Of a DNA stretch of 32,534 nucleotides, positions 9,021 to 19,296 are shown one piece after another. Positions within the stretch are counted from its first letter, which is position 1. Each line of letters starts with the position of its first letter. The notes beneath the pieces are model-generated. The model ran no database searches and was not told the DNA's origin. It was given only the letters and a program-made list of their open reading frames with translations. The translations under genes were made by a program, and so were the position numbers. Source of the stretch: Rhodosorus marinus CCMP1338 (Eukaryota > Plantae > Rhodophyta); assembly GCA_029953675.1 (NCBI GenBank), contig JAMWBK010000016.1:1-32534 (forward strand), read 5' to 3'.

Positions 9021-12000
9021 CTAATAACTATGGAGGGAAGCATGCAACCCCAGGCGCCGATGGCGCGCCTCGGAAAGCATGTGGCTCGAATATCGCCAAA
9101 GGGAGACACTTAAACGCCTCAAGAGCGCCAAATATTCAGTAGGATGCTCAGCAAAACATTTCCGCAGCCACTCTAAATCCGAATTATCCACGTGACCAAA
9201 GCTTTCCACAATGAATGGCTGGAACCGGTGAGAGCGACCCTCAGCGCAAGGCAGACTGGCCATGCTCTCAGCATACCGTCGTTCCTTAACTCTTCGAAGG
9301 GCTGAAGCCGCGGCCCCCCGGCGGCGGGCGGCTGCGGTGAGGTGGGCGCTGGCCACGGGGAGGTAATCGCAAGGTCCACATATGTTGAGCATCTGGCAGC
9401 AGCGTCGGAGACGAGGAGATCGGCGATACAACGGGGCGGTGCAGAGTCCGAGATTGATCTGGGCAGTTCCGACTCAACCTCAACCGTATGCCCTATCCGA
9501 GTCAAAAATTCGCTGAGGATGTACTTGAGGCGAGTCAGACGCCTCGTACGGAGACCTCTCAACAGTCAGCAGGAACCCAGGAAGTGGTAGCCACAAGCGT
9601 CAATCCGGCTCTCACATCCCTGACAGAAAGACGGCCGATTAGAGTGCCACGGAGCCTGTGGCAAACCGAGATAGATCCGTGCGGCCTAACGGAACTGGAA
9701 AGCATCGAGACGATGACTCAATGACGACGGTAGAGTGGTTAACCACAAGTGCGAGAGGTGGCCTCCCATGCCGCGGAGACGAGCGGCAGTGGTAGGCGGC
9801 GTGAGAGGAGAATCGAGCATGACTGTGTGAGCGGAACTGTGTTGGCCCCAGGTGAGGCTATGTTGAATCACATCAGTGCGGGAGCTCCATAATCGGCTCA
9901 AACCCGGGTAGTCTGCAACAGGTGACCCGGGGCTAGCCTCTCCGTCATCGGCAAGAACTCGGTCGAGGGGAGAATCCTCAATCGCTTCAGCTCGTCCCCA
10001 TAACAGCTCCTTCCAGGAACGAAAGCGGGACCTATTTGCGTCCGGCACGGCGTTGCACCTCCTGAACGCGTGTTGAAGACCATCATAAATTGTCAAAAGC
10101 GGGGCGGCAGGGTCACTGGATCCTCGTTGGTCAAAGCTCGAGCCAAGAGGCAGGCACTTCGCATCTGGAATGTCACCAACGTTCGCAGCGCGGTAGCTCA
10201 GGAGGCAACCGCCGCTGGCGAGCATACCAGCCCACGGTCTGCGACGCCGAATCCCCCTAATCGCAACGGTAGAGCGATCTGTGCACGAATCAAGTCCCTG
10301 TTGGGAGCAGTTTCAAGATCGAGGGGCTCATCCAAGAGCGTTCCCCAGTGTTGCAGGGTCATCTCGTCGGCTTTAGCCGCGATCCACAAGCCCCAAGCTG
10401 GAGGCAGGCTGCGCAACCAGTAGTGGAGTCTGGGACCGGCACAAAAGCGGGAAAGCAAGCAGGCCGATTGCAGCATGCTGTCGGGTAGGTGTTCAATGGC
10501 GTCGGTGAGTTGCTTGTGCCGTGCCAAAACTCGCTCGCAGGATGCTTGGACAAAGTTGTCAGTCCCCAATCCGACGCCGTGGTGTTCGAACCCTTCACGT
10601 TCGCTGATTAGTCGCAGAGTGGGTGGCAGAGAGGCCAGCGACACGTCCCTCGGGGGGAGAAAGCGACATTTTTCTGTTTCCACAATCAAACCGACGCGAC
10701 GTGCAATCGCTTCGATCTCGGTCAGCCCCCTAGCCAGGGTCTCAGGGGTGCCCGGCAATGTTAAGTCATCGTGGTACGCGCAGATTCGAAGATCCGAGAC
10801 CTCAGTCGAAAGACGTAAAAGTACGAGCTGTAGGGCACAGGCATGAAGAAGAGATCCGCAAGGGTCGCCTTGTTGGACGCCAGTATGTGCTTGAAAAACA
10901 GTGCCCTCCGTTGTCAAGTAGGGGAGGCTCTCCCCTCCGTAAATACCCGATAGAAACGGCCGCGCCTCCGGACACACCCGTCGGAGCACCTCTAGCGCAT
11001 GCGTCTGCGACACACTGTTGAATGTGTTCCGGAAATCAACCACCAAGACTCCCCACTCCGGCCTACTGGCGCGTTCTAGCTCGATCCCATGGGTGATCAG
11101 TTCGCAACCCCCAGAAAATCCCACCCCTACTTGCAAGGGCGCCATAAAAGCTGTGACGCGCTGGCGAGGCGCTGGCATAGCCACCTCCCGGCTAACTTCC
11201 GTAGGCTCTCCACCATCCCGATCGGCCGGAGACGCGGGTGGGCCGGCTGGTGGTCAGGTTTCGTGAGCAAGCAAAGCTGTGCCTGCCGGAGATGTTCCCA
11301 TGGCGCAGACGCACCCGATACGCCCTGAAACAACTTGTTAAGGATCCTCAGAAGCGCGCTCTGGCCAGGCTGGCTCAGGGCCTGCAATAGCTCTGTTCTT
11401 AGTCCGGAGGGTCCGGGACAGCGTCCCCGACGCGAGGTACGAAGCAAATCCTCCAGGTCAGACTCACTGAGGGTCAGATCGATGCGAAACCTGGCCAACT
11501 CCGGACGGTCCAAGAATACCTCGAATTCAGGGGACAAGTCCACGTCGGACTCAGGGAACAAAGACGACACCGTCTGGGCGAGACTATCATCGTAAGGGAG
11601 GACAGGCGCCTGGCCCTCCAAAACCCGCGCCGCTCGACTTGAATCGCCCACTGCTACCAATTTCTGTACTCGAGCCGGCACGGGCGACACTGTGCCATCC
11701 CGAGTCCGACGGGTGGATGGTGCTGACGACGCCAAATAGCTGCGCTGTAGTACTTCGAAGTCTCCCTTCAAGAACAGGGCCAGTCGGTCTCGTACTCGCC
11801 ATCTGCGCTCCGATGTGTGAATGGGGGCCAGAATCAGGCGCGGTATGACCCCCAGAATCCTACCCAAATGACTGTGTCCCGAATGTTACGAGCCAGGCTC
11901 GTGAAGATGAAATCGAGAATGGTTCCAGTTACTAGAAGGTCTCCACGAGGGAGGACGACTGGGGGAATGCCCCCACGGAGGGGAAGCGAGCCTCCTTCCA

Positions 12001-12091
12001 AAGAAATCCACCGCCGGAGCCAACTCCGAAAACGCGTACGCCAAATGCCCCAGTCTCCGCCCTCCTTCAGGACATAAGCCTGTAGATCCAT
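9021..12091 (-). pseudogene. Element B ORF2 (RT-CCHC-RLE), several frameshifts and in-frame stops
   Basis: Consecutive ORF pieces 11834-12091, 11127-11867, 10198-11184, 9686-10225, 9173-9562 and 9021-9431 align colinearly with A ORF2. Confidence 0.9.
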
Positions 12092-12122
12092 AGGCTGCGA
12101 CCTCGCAGCCGTGCCTGGAGCG

Positions 12123-13530
12123 CTAATCGTGCTTCTCCCCCTTAGACCCGGGAGGGTCGGTCCTCGCTATCTTACCTCCTATCCGCACCAAAGTCGTGAG
12201 CCGCCCACTCCGCGAGGCTCGCGGAACGGATCCCGCGGGCTTCAGCAAAGTAACCTGGGCGTCCTCCACCGCCATGCCCTCAGTCTGCTCCCCTGCCTCA
12301 CCACTCTCGCTGGAAGTGGTGCTGGAAGCAGAGCCCTCCAAAATCCCCAACCGCTGCAGCTCTGTCTTGTAGCGCAAAGTCAGCACAAGTCGCCTCTCCA
12401 GATCGAAGAAGCTGGACACCGCCATGCGCAGGTTACGAGGGCCCGACCGGAAGCGCTCCAACAAGATCCTCTCAAGGCGCTGAATCCGTAGCCAATGGAT
12501 CGCTGCCGCCTTCACGCTGCTCTCATGCTCAGAGAGCCCTGCCGTTTCTCCCGGAGACAGGAAATTGCCCGAGAGACGGTCAAAATCGAAGTGCAAAACC
12601 ACCTGCGGGTTGCAGCGCAGCCACCGGGCGCTCTCATGCCACTGCTCGGTAGGCTTCGCCAGTAAGGCCTCCAGGTACTTGGCGGCGGTTGCGGAGACCA
12701 AAAACAGCACTTCGCCAGCCCTCATAGTTTGTGAAGAAGAAATCACCCCGGCTGGACCCTAACGATTCCGCAAAAGTGTCCCGGAAGTCTCGCATAGACG
12801 GAACCTGGCCTCGTGTGGTCTGGGGCCGGACATTTCGCACCCACAGAAATTGGAGAGTGGTCTCCACAGGTCCATCCTGAGGCTCGCGAGATGGTAGGAA
12901 ACGGAGCATAGCCGCCGTACGTGTGGCAGTGGTGCCCTTCCGCAAGACTGAGGCGTACGAAGCGCCCCCCTTGCGGCCACCACGTGCCCCCGCAGTAGCC
13001 GGGAGCTGGTGACCACCTGAGGGCTGGTCCAAGAGAGGGAAGTCCACAGCTGCAGTCTCCTCCACACCGGTTGCCGCACAGTCACCACCACCATTGCCTC
13101 GAGTCCCCGAGCGCTGAGGCGCGTTTGGGCCCGGCCTGCCGCTCCCCAACGTCGTACTGTCCCGCGCAGAAGCAACCGCCCTCGCCTGTCCCGGGACAGG
13201 TTCATGTTGATTGACCTGATGTTGACTGCCTTCAGCCAACGCTGCCACTCTAGTGCAATTCAAATTCTCGTCATTTGAATTTGACCTGGCCAGCAATCCC
13301 GATTCCAGCCCACCTAGCTTCTGGCTGAGCTGAGGGAGCACTCCACGATCACTCGCAGCCGTGATCAGGCTGGTGACAGCGGAGATAAGTGCACGCGCCT
13401 GGGTGCCAGAAGCGCCTTCCAAGTCAACCTCGGAAGAAAAGGTGCCGCAGCTGAGGCGAACACGGAGTCCCCCACCTGGTAGTGCCTCCTTGGGAGGAGG
13501 CTCCGTCGATCGCGGAGATATCCCTACCAT
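12123..13530 (-). pseudogene. Element B ORF1, one frameshift near 12720
   Basis: Starts MVGISP (ATG 13530). SYASVLRKG..AMLR..WVRNVRPQT..RDFRDT..SLG aligns with A ORF1; continues in the 12123-12746 frame. Confidence 0.8.
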
Positions 13531-14079
13531 CCTGAGGGAATGCGCAAAGGAAACGTTGCACCACCAATATGAAACCGCACCGAGAGAATAATCGACCAAA
13601 CCCAACCCAAATAGGAAAGGCCCCGCAACACACAGACCCGGAAGACAGAAGTAGTTGCAAATGCAAACGACGCCTTGTCTATGACGGGGCACATCAGCGC
13701 GGATCATGAAACTCTTGAAGGAGGAGGCGAAGCCCACTCCGTGGTTTGGGGGTTTGGTGGTTTTACGACCTCTTCAAAACAATCGAGCTTGTGCTAAACG
13801 ACTGCTGAGCTGAAAAATGTACTCTTGCGTTTCTGTGGACAGCCTGGTGCTCGGTTCCCCAATCGGAAATTCGAGCTGAAAATTTTGGCTCCTGTTCAAG
13901 GGACGACCGTCTATGGAGGTGTAGCCAGACTAAAACCAACAAGCGACAGCGCTCGGATACGCTCACCATGTTGGGCGTTCGTCGCTCTTTGCCTGGTTAG
14001 GAGTCTGATTGCAAAGATCTAATATGAATGAATGGTTTAATCGGAGGCTGAAAAAAAAAACCCCGAGGGGAAAAAAAGA

Positions 14080-16614
14080 CTAAGCGCGGCGAAGTACTCG
14101 CGCCTCCAACATCAAAGCGGCATTCATGCGCCACAGCAGGAAACTTAAGCGGGTAAACAACGATTGAAGACGGTCAGGGCGTTCGCGGAACAACTCCCGA
14201 AGCCAGCGAGAACCAACAGAGTCCATGAACCCAAAGCACTCAATGATCAGGGGTACCAAGCGATGTGCTAGTGCCGAAGCACGAACACCAGGGGAAGACA
14301 AAGCCCCCGCGTATTTGATCTCTTTGCGGCGTCTCATGCTGGCGGCGGCAGATCCACGGCGCTCCCCCGCAGCCGGGAGATAACGACTAGCTTGAGGGTT
14401 AGGAACAGCAAGATCAACGTATGTGGTAGGGCGGCTGTCGTCACAGGTGATCACCAGGTCGGCTACACGGCGTTCATCATTTTGAAAGTCCGCGACGGGT
14501 AAAGGTTTCTCACGTTCGATTTCCAGACCGGCTTGCCGGACTATAGGCCGAAGTTCCCGGTATAACAGGTTCAAGATCCGTGTGTGGCGGCGGGTTCGAG
14601 CACCTTTCACCGCCGGGCAACTAGCGAGCAGGTGGGCGCCAAAATCTGCGTTGTCTTCAGTCTGAGAGCAGAGAGGGCACGACGAACCCATCTCGTACGG
14701 CCAAGGGGGCTGATGTAAGCCGAGGTATAAGCGCAGTGAAGTACGCACTTCGAAATCCGACAGTGTGAGTGGCGGAAAGGCTGGTACGGTCATGAGCCAC
14801 TGAGAGCTAAGAACCCCTCCAAGACTACGTAGGCGGGCGCGAGCGCGAGAAGATGAGACCATCTGCGCGAGGAGTCGGCCATATGCAGCACGGTGCAAGT
14901 CCCAAGAAAGGATATTTTGCAGCGCATCCGTGCGTGCTTGAGCTCGGCTCCCAGCGCGCTGGGAATCATCAGGAGGATCAACTGGAACTTCTTCTTCTGC
15001 GGCAACCACTGGGTCAATCTCCCCTAGAACAGGTTCAGGCGCAGGACGAATCCCCGGGGCGGAGCCTCGAGAGCGGTCAAATACAGCTCGCCAGTCAGGA
15101 AGACGGGGTTGAACGGTTTCGGGGAGACTAGTACAGGAATTCAGGGCGGTTTGGAGCTCCAGAAACAAGTCTTGGGCGCTTTCCGGTACGCTGGGAAGCA
15201 AGACACCCCGCGAGAGGCTCGCCATCAAATTGCGGAACTTCCAGATACCCAAGCTGCTGAAAGTGGGAAGTGCGGTGCCCCAGGCCCCTACTGCAGCTGC
15301 AGGTTGGACCACAACACGATTGCAGAGGCCCAGTCCCCCCAATCGCAATGGGAGGCCTACCTGGGCGCGCACAACATCACAGGTGGGTCGCGGCAGAGCG
15401 CTCAGCTCTTCATCGAGAAAATACCCCAGGTCACGGAAACTTTCAGCATCCGCACGAGTGGCCAACCACCGGCCCCAATGAGTTGGAAGTGAGCGAAGCC
15501 AATAGGTTAACCGCTGACTGCAACAATACCGAAACAGCAACAACGAGTACTGGAGAAAGCCCGGAGGTAGCCGTCGAAGCTCTGCAACCAGCTGTCTGTG
15601 CTTACCGAGGAGCTGCAGCAACTCGCCTTCAACGAAGGACGGCGACCCGTAGGGGATGCCTAAGTGGACAAAACCATCCGGTCTCCAAATATCCTGGAAC
15701 GACGCAGGTACCTGCTGCTCTTGTGCAGCTACACCTCCCCAGTAGAACGATTTGTGATGATTAACCTCCAGGTCAACCCGCGAAGCCAAGGAGCGGAGAC
15801 GATCATAAGCGAGTGCTAGAGTATCAGGGGGCCCCAGGAGGCACACGTCGTCGTGGTATGCAACCGTACGAACCTGCGGGAATTCGGAGCGAAGACAAAG
15901 CAAGACGAGTTGTAGTCCACAGGCATGTAGGAAAGGGGACAAGGGATCACCCTGTTGTACCCCTGTGCGCGCCGCAAACGTGTGTGAGGAAGCGCCAAGG
16001 GTGTCATAGGTAGCCCCACGACCAAGCGGAGAATAAAGTCTACTAACAAAGGGAAAGCCTACAGGGAAGACTTCGCGCACCACGTGCATGAGAGCCGGAC
16101 GAGAGACGCGGTTGAACGCATTGGTAAAATCTACAGAGAGGAGCCCAGAATCTGGGGAGTACGCCATTTCCGAACGGAGTAAAACAGATAACAACTCACA
16201 GCCACCACGATAGCCCACGCCTAACTGCACGTGCCCAAAGAAACGGCGGGATTCGGGAACCAGGATTTTCACTAACCATCGCGCCGCCAATTTGCGGACC
16301 ACCTCAACCAGGCCAATAGGGCGAATAGCAGGGCTCGAGGCCGTGTGGCCGGGCTTCGAAAGCAGACACAACTGCGAACGCCCGACCAAGAACCACGCAC
16401 ACTCACACAGGGGATCACCATTCACGAGCGCTTCGACCACCCACGCCAACGCCTTCAAACCTTCATCACTTAAGAAACGGAGATATTCCACCCGCAGCCC
16501 CGAGGGCCCTGGGGAACGGCCCTTCGGAGCATCATGAACCAACTCACGCACCGCCTCCAGATTGACCACTAACCGCGCACTGGGATGTGGCGCGGCGCGG
16601 TACTCTTCCAACAC
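14080..16614 (-). CDS. Element A ORF2, uninterrupted 844-aa part: reverse transcriptase, CCHC knuckle and restriction-like endonuclease (true start ~17220, N-terminal part frameshifted)
   Basis: SPGPSGLR, IRPIG, VQLGVG, VDFTNAFN, VQQGDPLSP, AYHDD, HLGIPYG, QVGLPLRLGGLG; CPLC-X10-H-X4-C; RVADL..YVDLAV..KEIKY..LIIECFG. N-terminal pieces lie at 17032-17220 and 16569-16943. Confidence 0.95.
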   Translation of the reverse strand: MLEEYRAAPHPSARLVVNLEAVRELVHDAPKGRSPGPSGLRVEYLRFLSDEGLKALAWVVEALVNGDPLCECAWFLVGRSQLCLLSKPGHTASSPAIRPIGLVEVVRKLAARWLVKILVPESRRFFGHVQLGVGYRGGCELLSVLLRSEMAYSPDSGLLSVDFTNAFNRVSRPALMHVVREVFPVGFPFVSRLYSPLGRGATYDTLGASSHTFAARTGVQQGDPLSPFLHACGLQLVLLCLRSEFPQVRTVAYHDDVCLLGPPDTLALAYDRLRSLASRVDLEVNHHKSFYWGGVAAQEQQVPASFQDIWRPDGFVHLGIPYGSPSFVEGELLQLLGKHRQLVAELRRLPPGFLQYSLLLFRYCCSQRLTYWLRSLPTHWGRWLATRADAESFRDLGYFLDEELSALPRPTCDVVRAQVGLPLRLGGLGLCNRVVVQPAAAVGAWGTALPTFSSLGIWKFRNLMASLSRGVLLPSVPESAQDLFLELQTALNSCTSLPETVQPRLPDWRAVFDRSRGSAPGIRPAPEPVLGEIDPVVAAEEEVPVDPPDDSQRAGSRAQARTDALQNILSWDLHRAAYGRLLAQMVSSSRARARLRSLGGVLSSQWLMTVPAFPPLTLSDFEVRTSLRLYLGLHQPPWPYEMGSSCPLCSQTEDNADFGAHLLASCPAVKGARTRRHTRILNLLYRELRPIVRQAGLEIEREKPLPVADFQNDERRVADLVITCDDSRPTTYVDLAVPNPQASRYLPAAGERRGSAAASMRRRKEIKYAGALSSPGVRASALAHRLVPLIIECFGFMDSVGSRWLRELFRERPDRLQSLFTRLSFLLWRMNAALMLEARVLRRA

Positions 16615-17212
16615 TGATTCAAACGAGGAGTCCCAAGGGAGCCTTCCGAGGGAAAGAGCAAACGGAGCGGTGAAGAAAGATCATCGGAGTATGGAACCAC
16701 AGGTTGCCGCTGCTGGAGGATCCCGGCTGCCCGCCGCAGATCACCGCCTGCCACCGCGTGACGCGCCCGATTCTGTCGAGAAGACCTAAAAGCTGAGGGA
16801 GCACTAGGAGAAAAGGAAGAGAGAGAAGCGAAATAAAGACGTTCGAGGTCCTCAAAGTCGCCGGAAAGGAAGATTTGCAGTTTTCGGCGAGGGTGGACCC
16901 GGCGAGGATGTGGGTTGAGGGAGACGGTAGAGGAGGTGAGCACGAGGCGGGGAAAAAGAACAAGAGTTCCCAGCGAAGAGAGCAGTGAGGGTTCGCGGCG
17001 ACCTGCTGCCAGAGAAAATCCAACACCAATCCTAGGGGCTTATGAAGTCGACGAGGGAGCCGTACGGCCGTGCTCTGACGACAAAGGGAAGGGAACCGTC
17101 CGGGTAGGAGGCGACAAGGTGCGAAAACCACGAGAGAACACGCTCATGCCAGGCTGAGCGGTCACTGGTAAACAAGGGTAACCGGGACGACACGCACGCG
17201 GAGGAGGAAGAC

Positions 17213-18510
17213 TCAGACATCGGGCCTCCCCTCAGTCGGGAAGGCAGATCGAATATCCGGAGGAGGTGCCTCGGAGGGAGGCTCAGGAGCCGCACGACGC
17301 TTACGTGGAGGGCGCACGAAGGAACTAAAAGACCTGAAGAAAGTAGACACAGGGTTTTCAGCAGCGGAGTCTTGACTGAGGGTGTCCAGAGCCAGCGGAT
17401 TCGGAGAGGCCGATGGTGCTTCTGCCATGTCGGTGTCACGAGCCTCGGAGACAGGGCGAGGGGAGGAAGGGTGCTCAAGAGTCGGCGGCAGAAGGTCAAA
17501 CGCAGGGTGAGCTTCCAGCAGGGTGGCCTCAGTGGAGAGGAAGGCGTCTAGCGCGATGCGGAGGAACCCGCGAGGAGGAAAACGCGCGAAGAGGCTCGCC
17601 TGTATGCGAGAGAGCCGCGCCGCATGAGTGTGTAGCGCGACAACCGAAGCCTGCGAGGCATCCAGGTTTTGCAAGGCCGACGGAGGAACCCAGCCGGCGT
17701 CAAAACGATCGAACTCGACAAACAAAGAGACATGAGAACGAGTCAGTATCATGTTGGCCAGAGCAGAGCGCTGGGGCGCGGGGGTGGTTACAAGCGATTG
17801 AAGGAACTGGTAAGCCGAGTCAGTAACAAGAAAACAGGCATGAGGGCCCGTGAAGTCCACATATAGGAATTCAGACGAGGCGACCCCAAGGGAGGAAGCC
17901 ATGGTGTCGCGAAAATCGCGGTAGTGGACGGGCGCGCGGCCCCGACCACGAGAGGGGGTCTGGGGACGCACGTTCGTCATCCAAACAAAGTGGAACGGAG
18001 ATAGTTGGCGAGAAGAGTCAATAGGGATGTGTTGTGGCATCATACGCACCATTGCCGTCGTGCGTTGTTCAGAAGAGCCCCTGCGTAGGACCTGCGAATA
18101 GGTCGCACGTGGGGCATTGGAGGGAGCAGGATTCGGGCCCGACGCGGGCCCAGGAGGCGTCTGTCCTTGAATAGGGGTAGGCCAGTCGGAATCAGGAATG
18201 ACCGGAGCGGAGCGCTCGGGTCGGGTGGAGGCAGGCCCCGCTGTACCGTGCGGATCCGCGGGGACGGGCACCGGGGGTATGGGGCAGGCGCGGAGGCGGA
18301 GAAGCGCTCCAAATAGGCGATCAGCAGGGGCAGGCGGTGTTCCTGGGAAGCAGTCACAAGAAGACTCGTCAGTTTCGAGCAGATCCCATGGGCTAACTCG
18401 TCAGCGCAGTCCGTGAGGGTGGCCACGGTACTAAACCCGCCCACGCAGAGCTCCACGCGCGCTGAGAGAACGGCTCCGTCCGCCGGAATGGGTGGGGAAA
18501 CCCCAACCAT
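17213..18510 (-). CDS. Element A ORF1, unknown function, one frameshift between ~18270 and ~18400
   Basis: Starts MVGVSP (ATG 18510, parallel to B MVGISP) and continues as the 352-aa ORF 17213-18271, homologous to B and C ORF1. Confidence 0.8.
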
Positions 18511-18923
18511 AACGATTGGAAGGTGTGAAAAACCGATTCCTCCACGAAACCCCCAAAAAGAGAACTTGTTCCCAACGTTTGCAACCAAAGAAAAACCACC
18601 ACGACCTCCAAGGGGCGCTAGCAACCCCCAGCACGCACCACACCACTAGAAGATGCGGGGGAAAGGCTGCAGAAAGAAGCGCCTCCCACCGAAGAACACA
18701 ATTGCGACTCAAAACCACCAAAAGCCAGCACCATACACCCTCACGATGATGATTGGGGTAACGTTCGGAAATTCCTTTCAACATCAAAGCGGCATTCATG
18801 CGCCACAGCAGGAACAACGCCAGCCTATCGAAACCAATTTTTTTTTATTACTGGATTTTTTTTGCTGGTTTTACTACGTGTTTTTTAATGACTCTCACCT
18901 CAGCTGGAGCAAAGTCGCTACAG

Positions 18924-19008
18924 TGAATGAATGAATGAATGGTTTAATCGGAGGCTGAAAAAAAAACCCCGAGGGGAAAAAAAGACTAAGCGCGGCGAAG
19001 TACTCGCG
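18924..19008 (-). mobile_element. 85-bp 5'-truncated family A 3' end
   Basis: Matches the A terminus (CGCGAGTACTTCGCCGCGCTTAGTC..TAAACCATTCATTCATTCATTCA). Confidence 0.92.
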
Positions 19009-19296
19009 TGGCTATGGGGTCTTATCTATAGCCGGAGCCAGTGTGCGTTTTTAAAGAGGGGGGATTGAGGGAGGGGTGATTCTGCAGCTGTTGGGTGGGG
19101 GGGGGGGGGGCGGAGGAGGGAGGTGAGGTTGTGGCAAGTTGGGGTTGGAGCAGTGGGCTGTTGAAGAGGTCGTTGAAGAGTTGGGTGAAGCGAACTGGTG
19201 GTTTCAACCTTTCTATTGCGTGACACATCATTCGCGGTCATGTTCCTCTTGCCTGTGGAGCTGAGGTGAGAAAACTTCTGTGCTGGGAGACGCAAT

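Larger units (their letters stand above)
8971..13800 (-). mobile_element. Element B: near full-length, degenerate two-ORF RT-RLE non-LTR retrotransposon (5' boundary approximate)
   Basis: ORF1 13530-12123; ORF2 12091-9021 with GPSGLR, RPIG, QVGVG, DFRNTFN, QQGDP, YHDD, C..C..H..C, IADLLV..YVDLAI, VESFG. 3' end CTATGCTAGTAAAGTCC. Confidence 0.92.
14024..18780 (-). mobile_element. Element A: apparently full-length two-ORF RT-RLE non-LTR retrotransposon (5' boundary approximate)
   Basis: ORF1 18510-17213, ORF2 17220-14080, short 3' UTR and (CATT)n tail ending at 14024. Confidence 0.95.

Noticed and set aside
13925-13933. CCAGACTAA (also GGGGTAACGTT at 18755-18765 and TAGTCTGG at 20789-20796)
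   Set aside because: Short or mismatched, and I cannot show an exact junction; not counted as telomere seeds.
14080-16614. Bacterial RT system (retron, group II intron, DGR) or Penelope/Athena-type telomeric element
   Set aside because: RT is followed by a CCHC knuckle and PD-(D/E)xK nuclease, with 5' truncations and TSDs typical of RLE non-LTR elements; no GIY-YIG domain; spliceosomal introns nearby.
12700-18400. Programmed frameshifting in ORF1 of A and B
   Set aside because: The two frameshifts are at non-homologous positions in G/C runs, with no slippery heptamer; mutation or sequencing error is more likely.
14000-18930. Target-site duplication for the full-length A (and for the 18924-19008 fragment)
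   Set aside because: No convincing repeat of the 3' flank was found, so the 5' boundary stays approximate.
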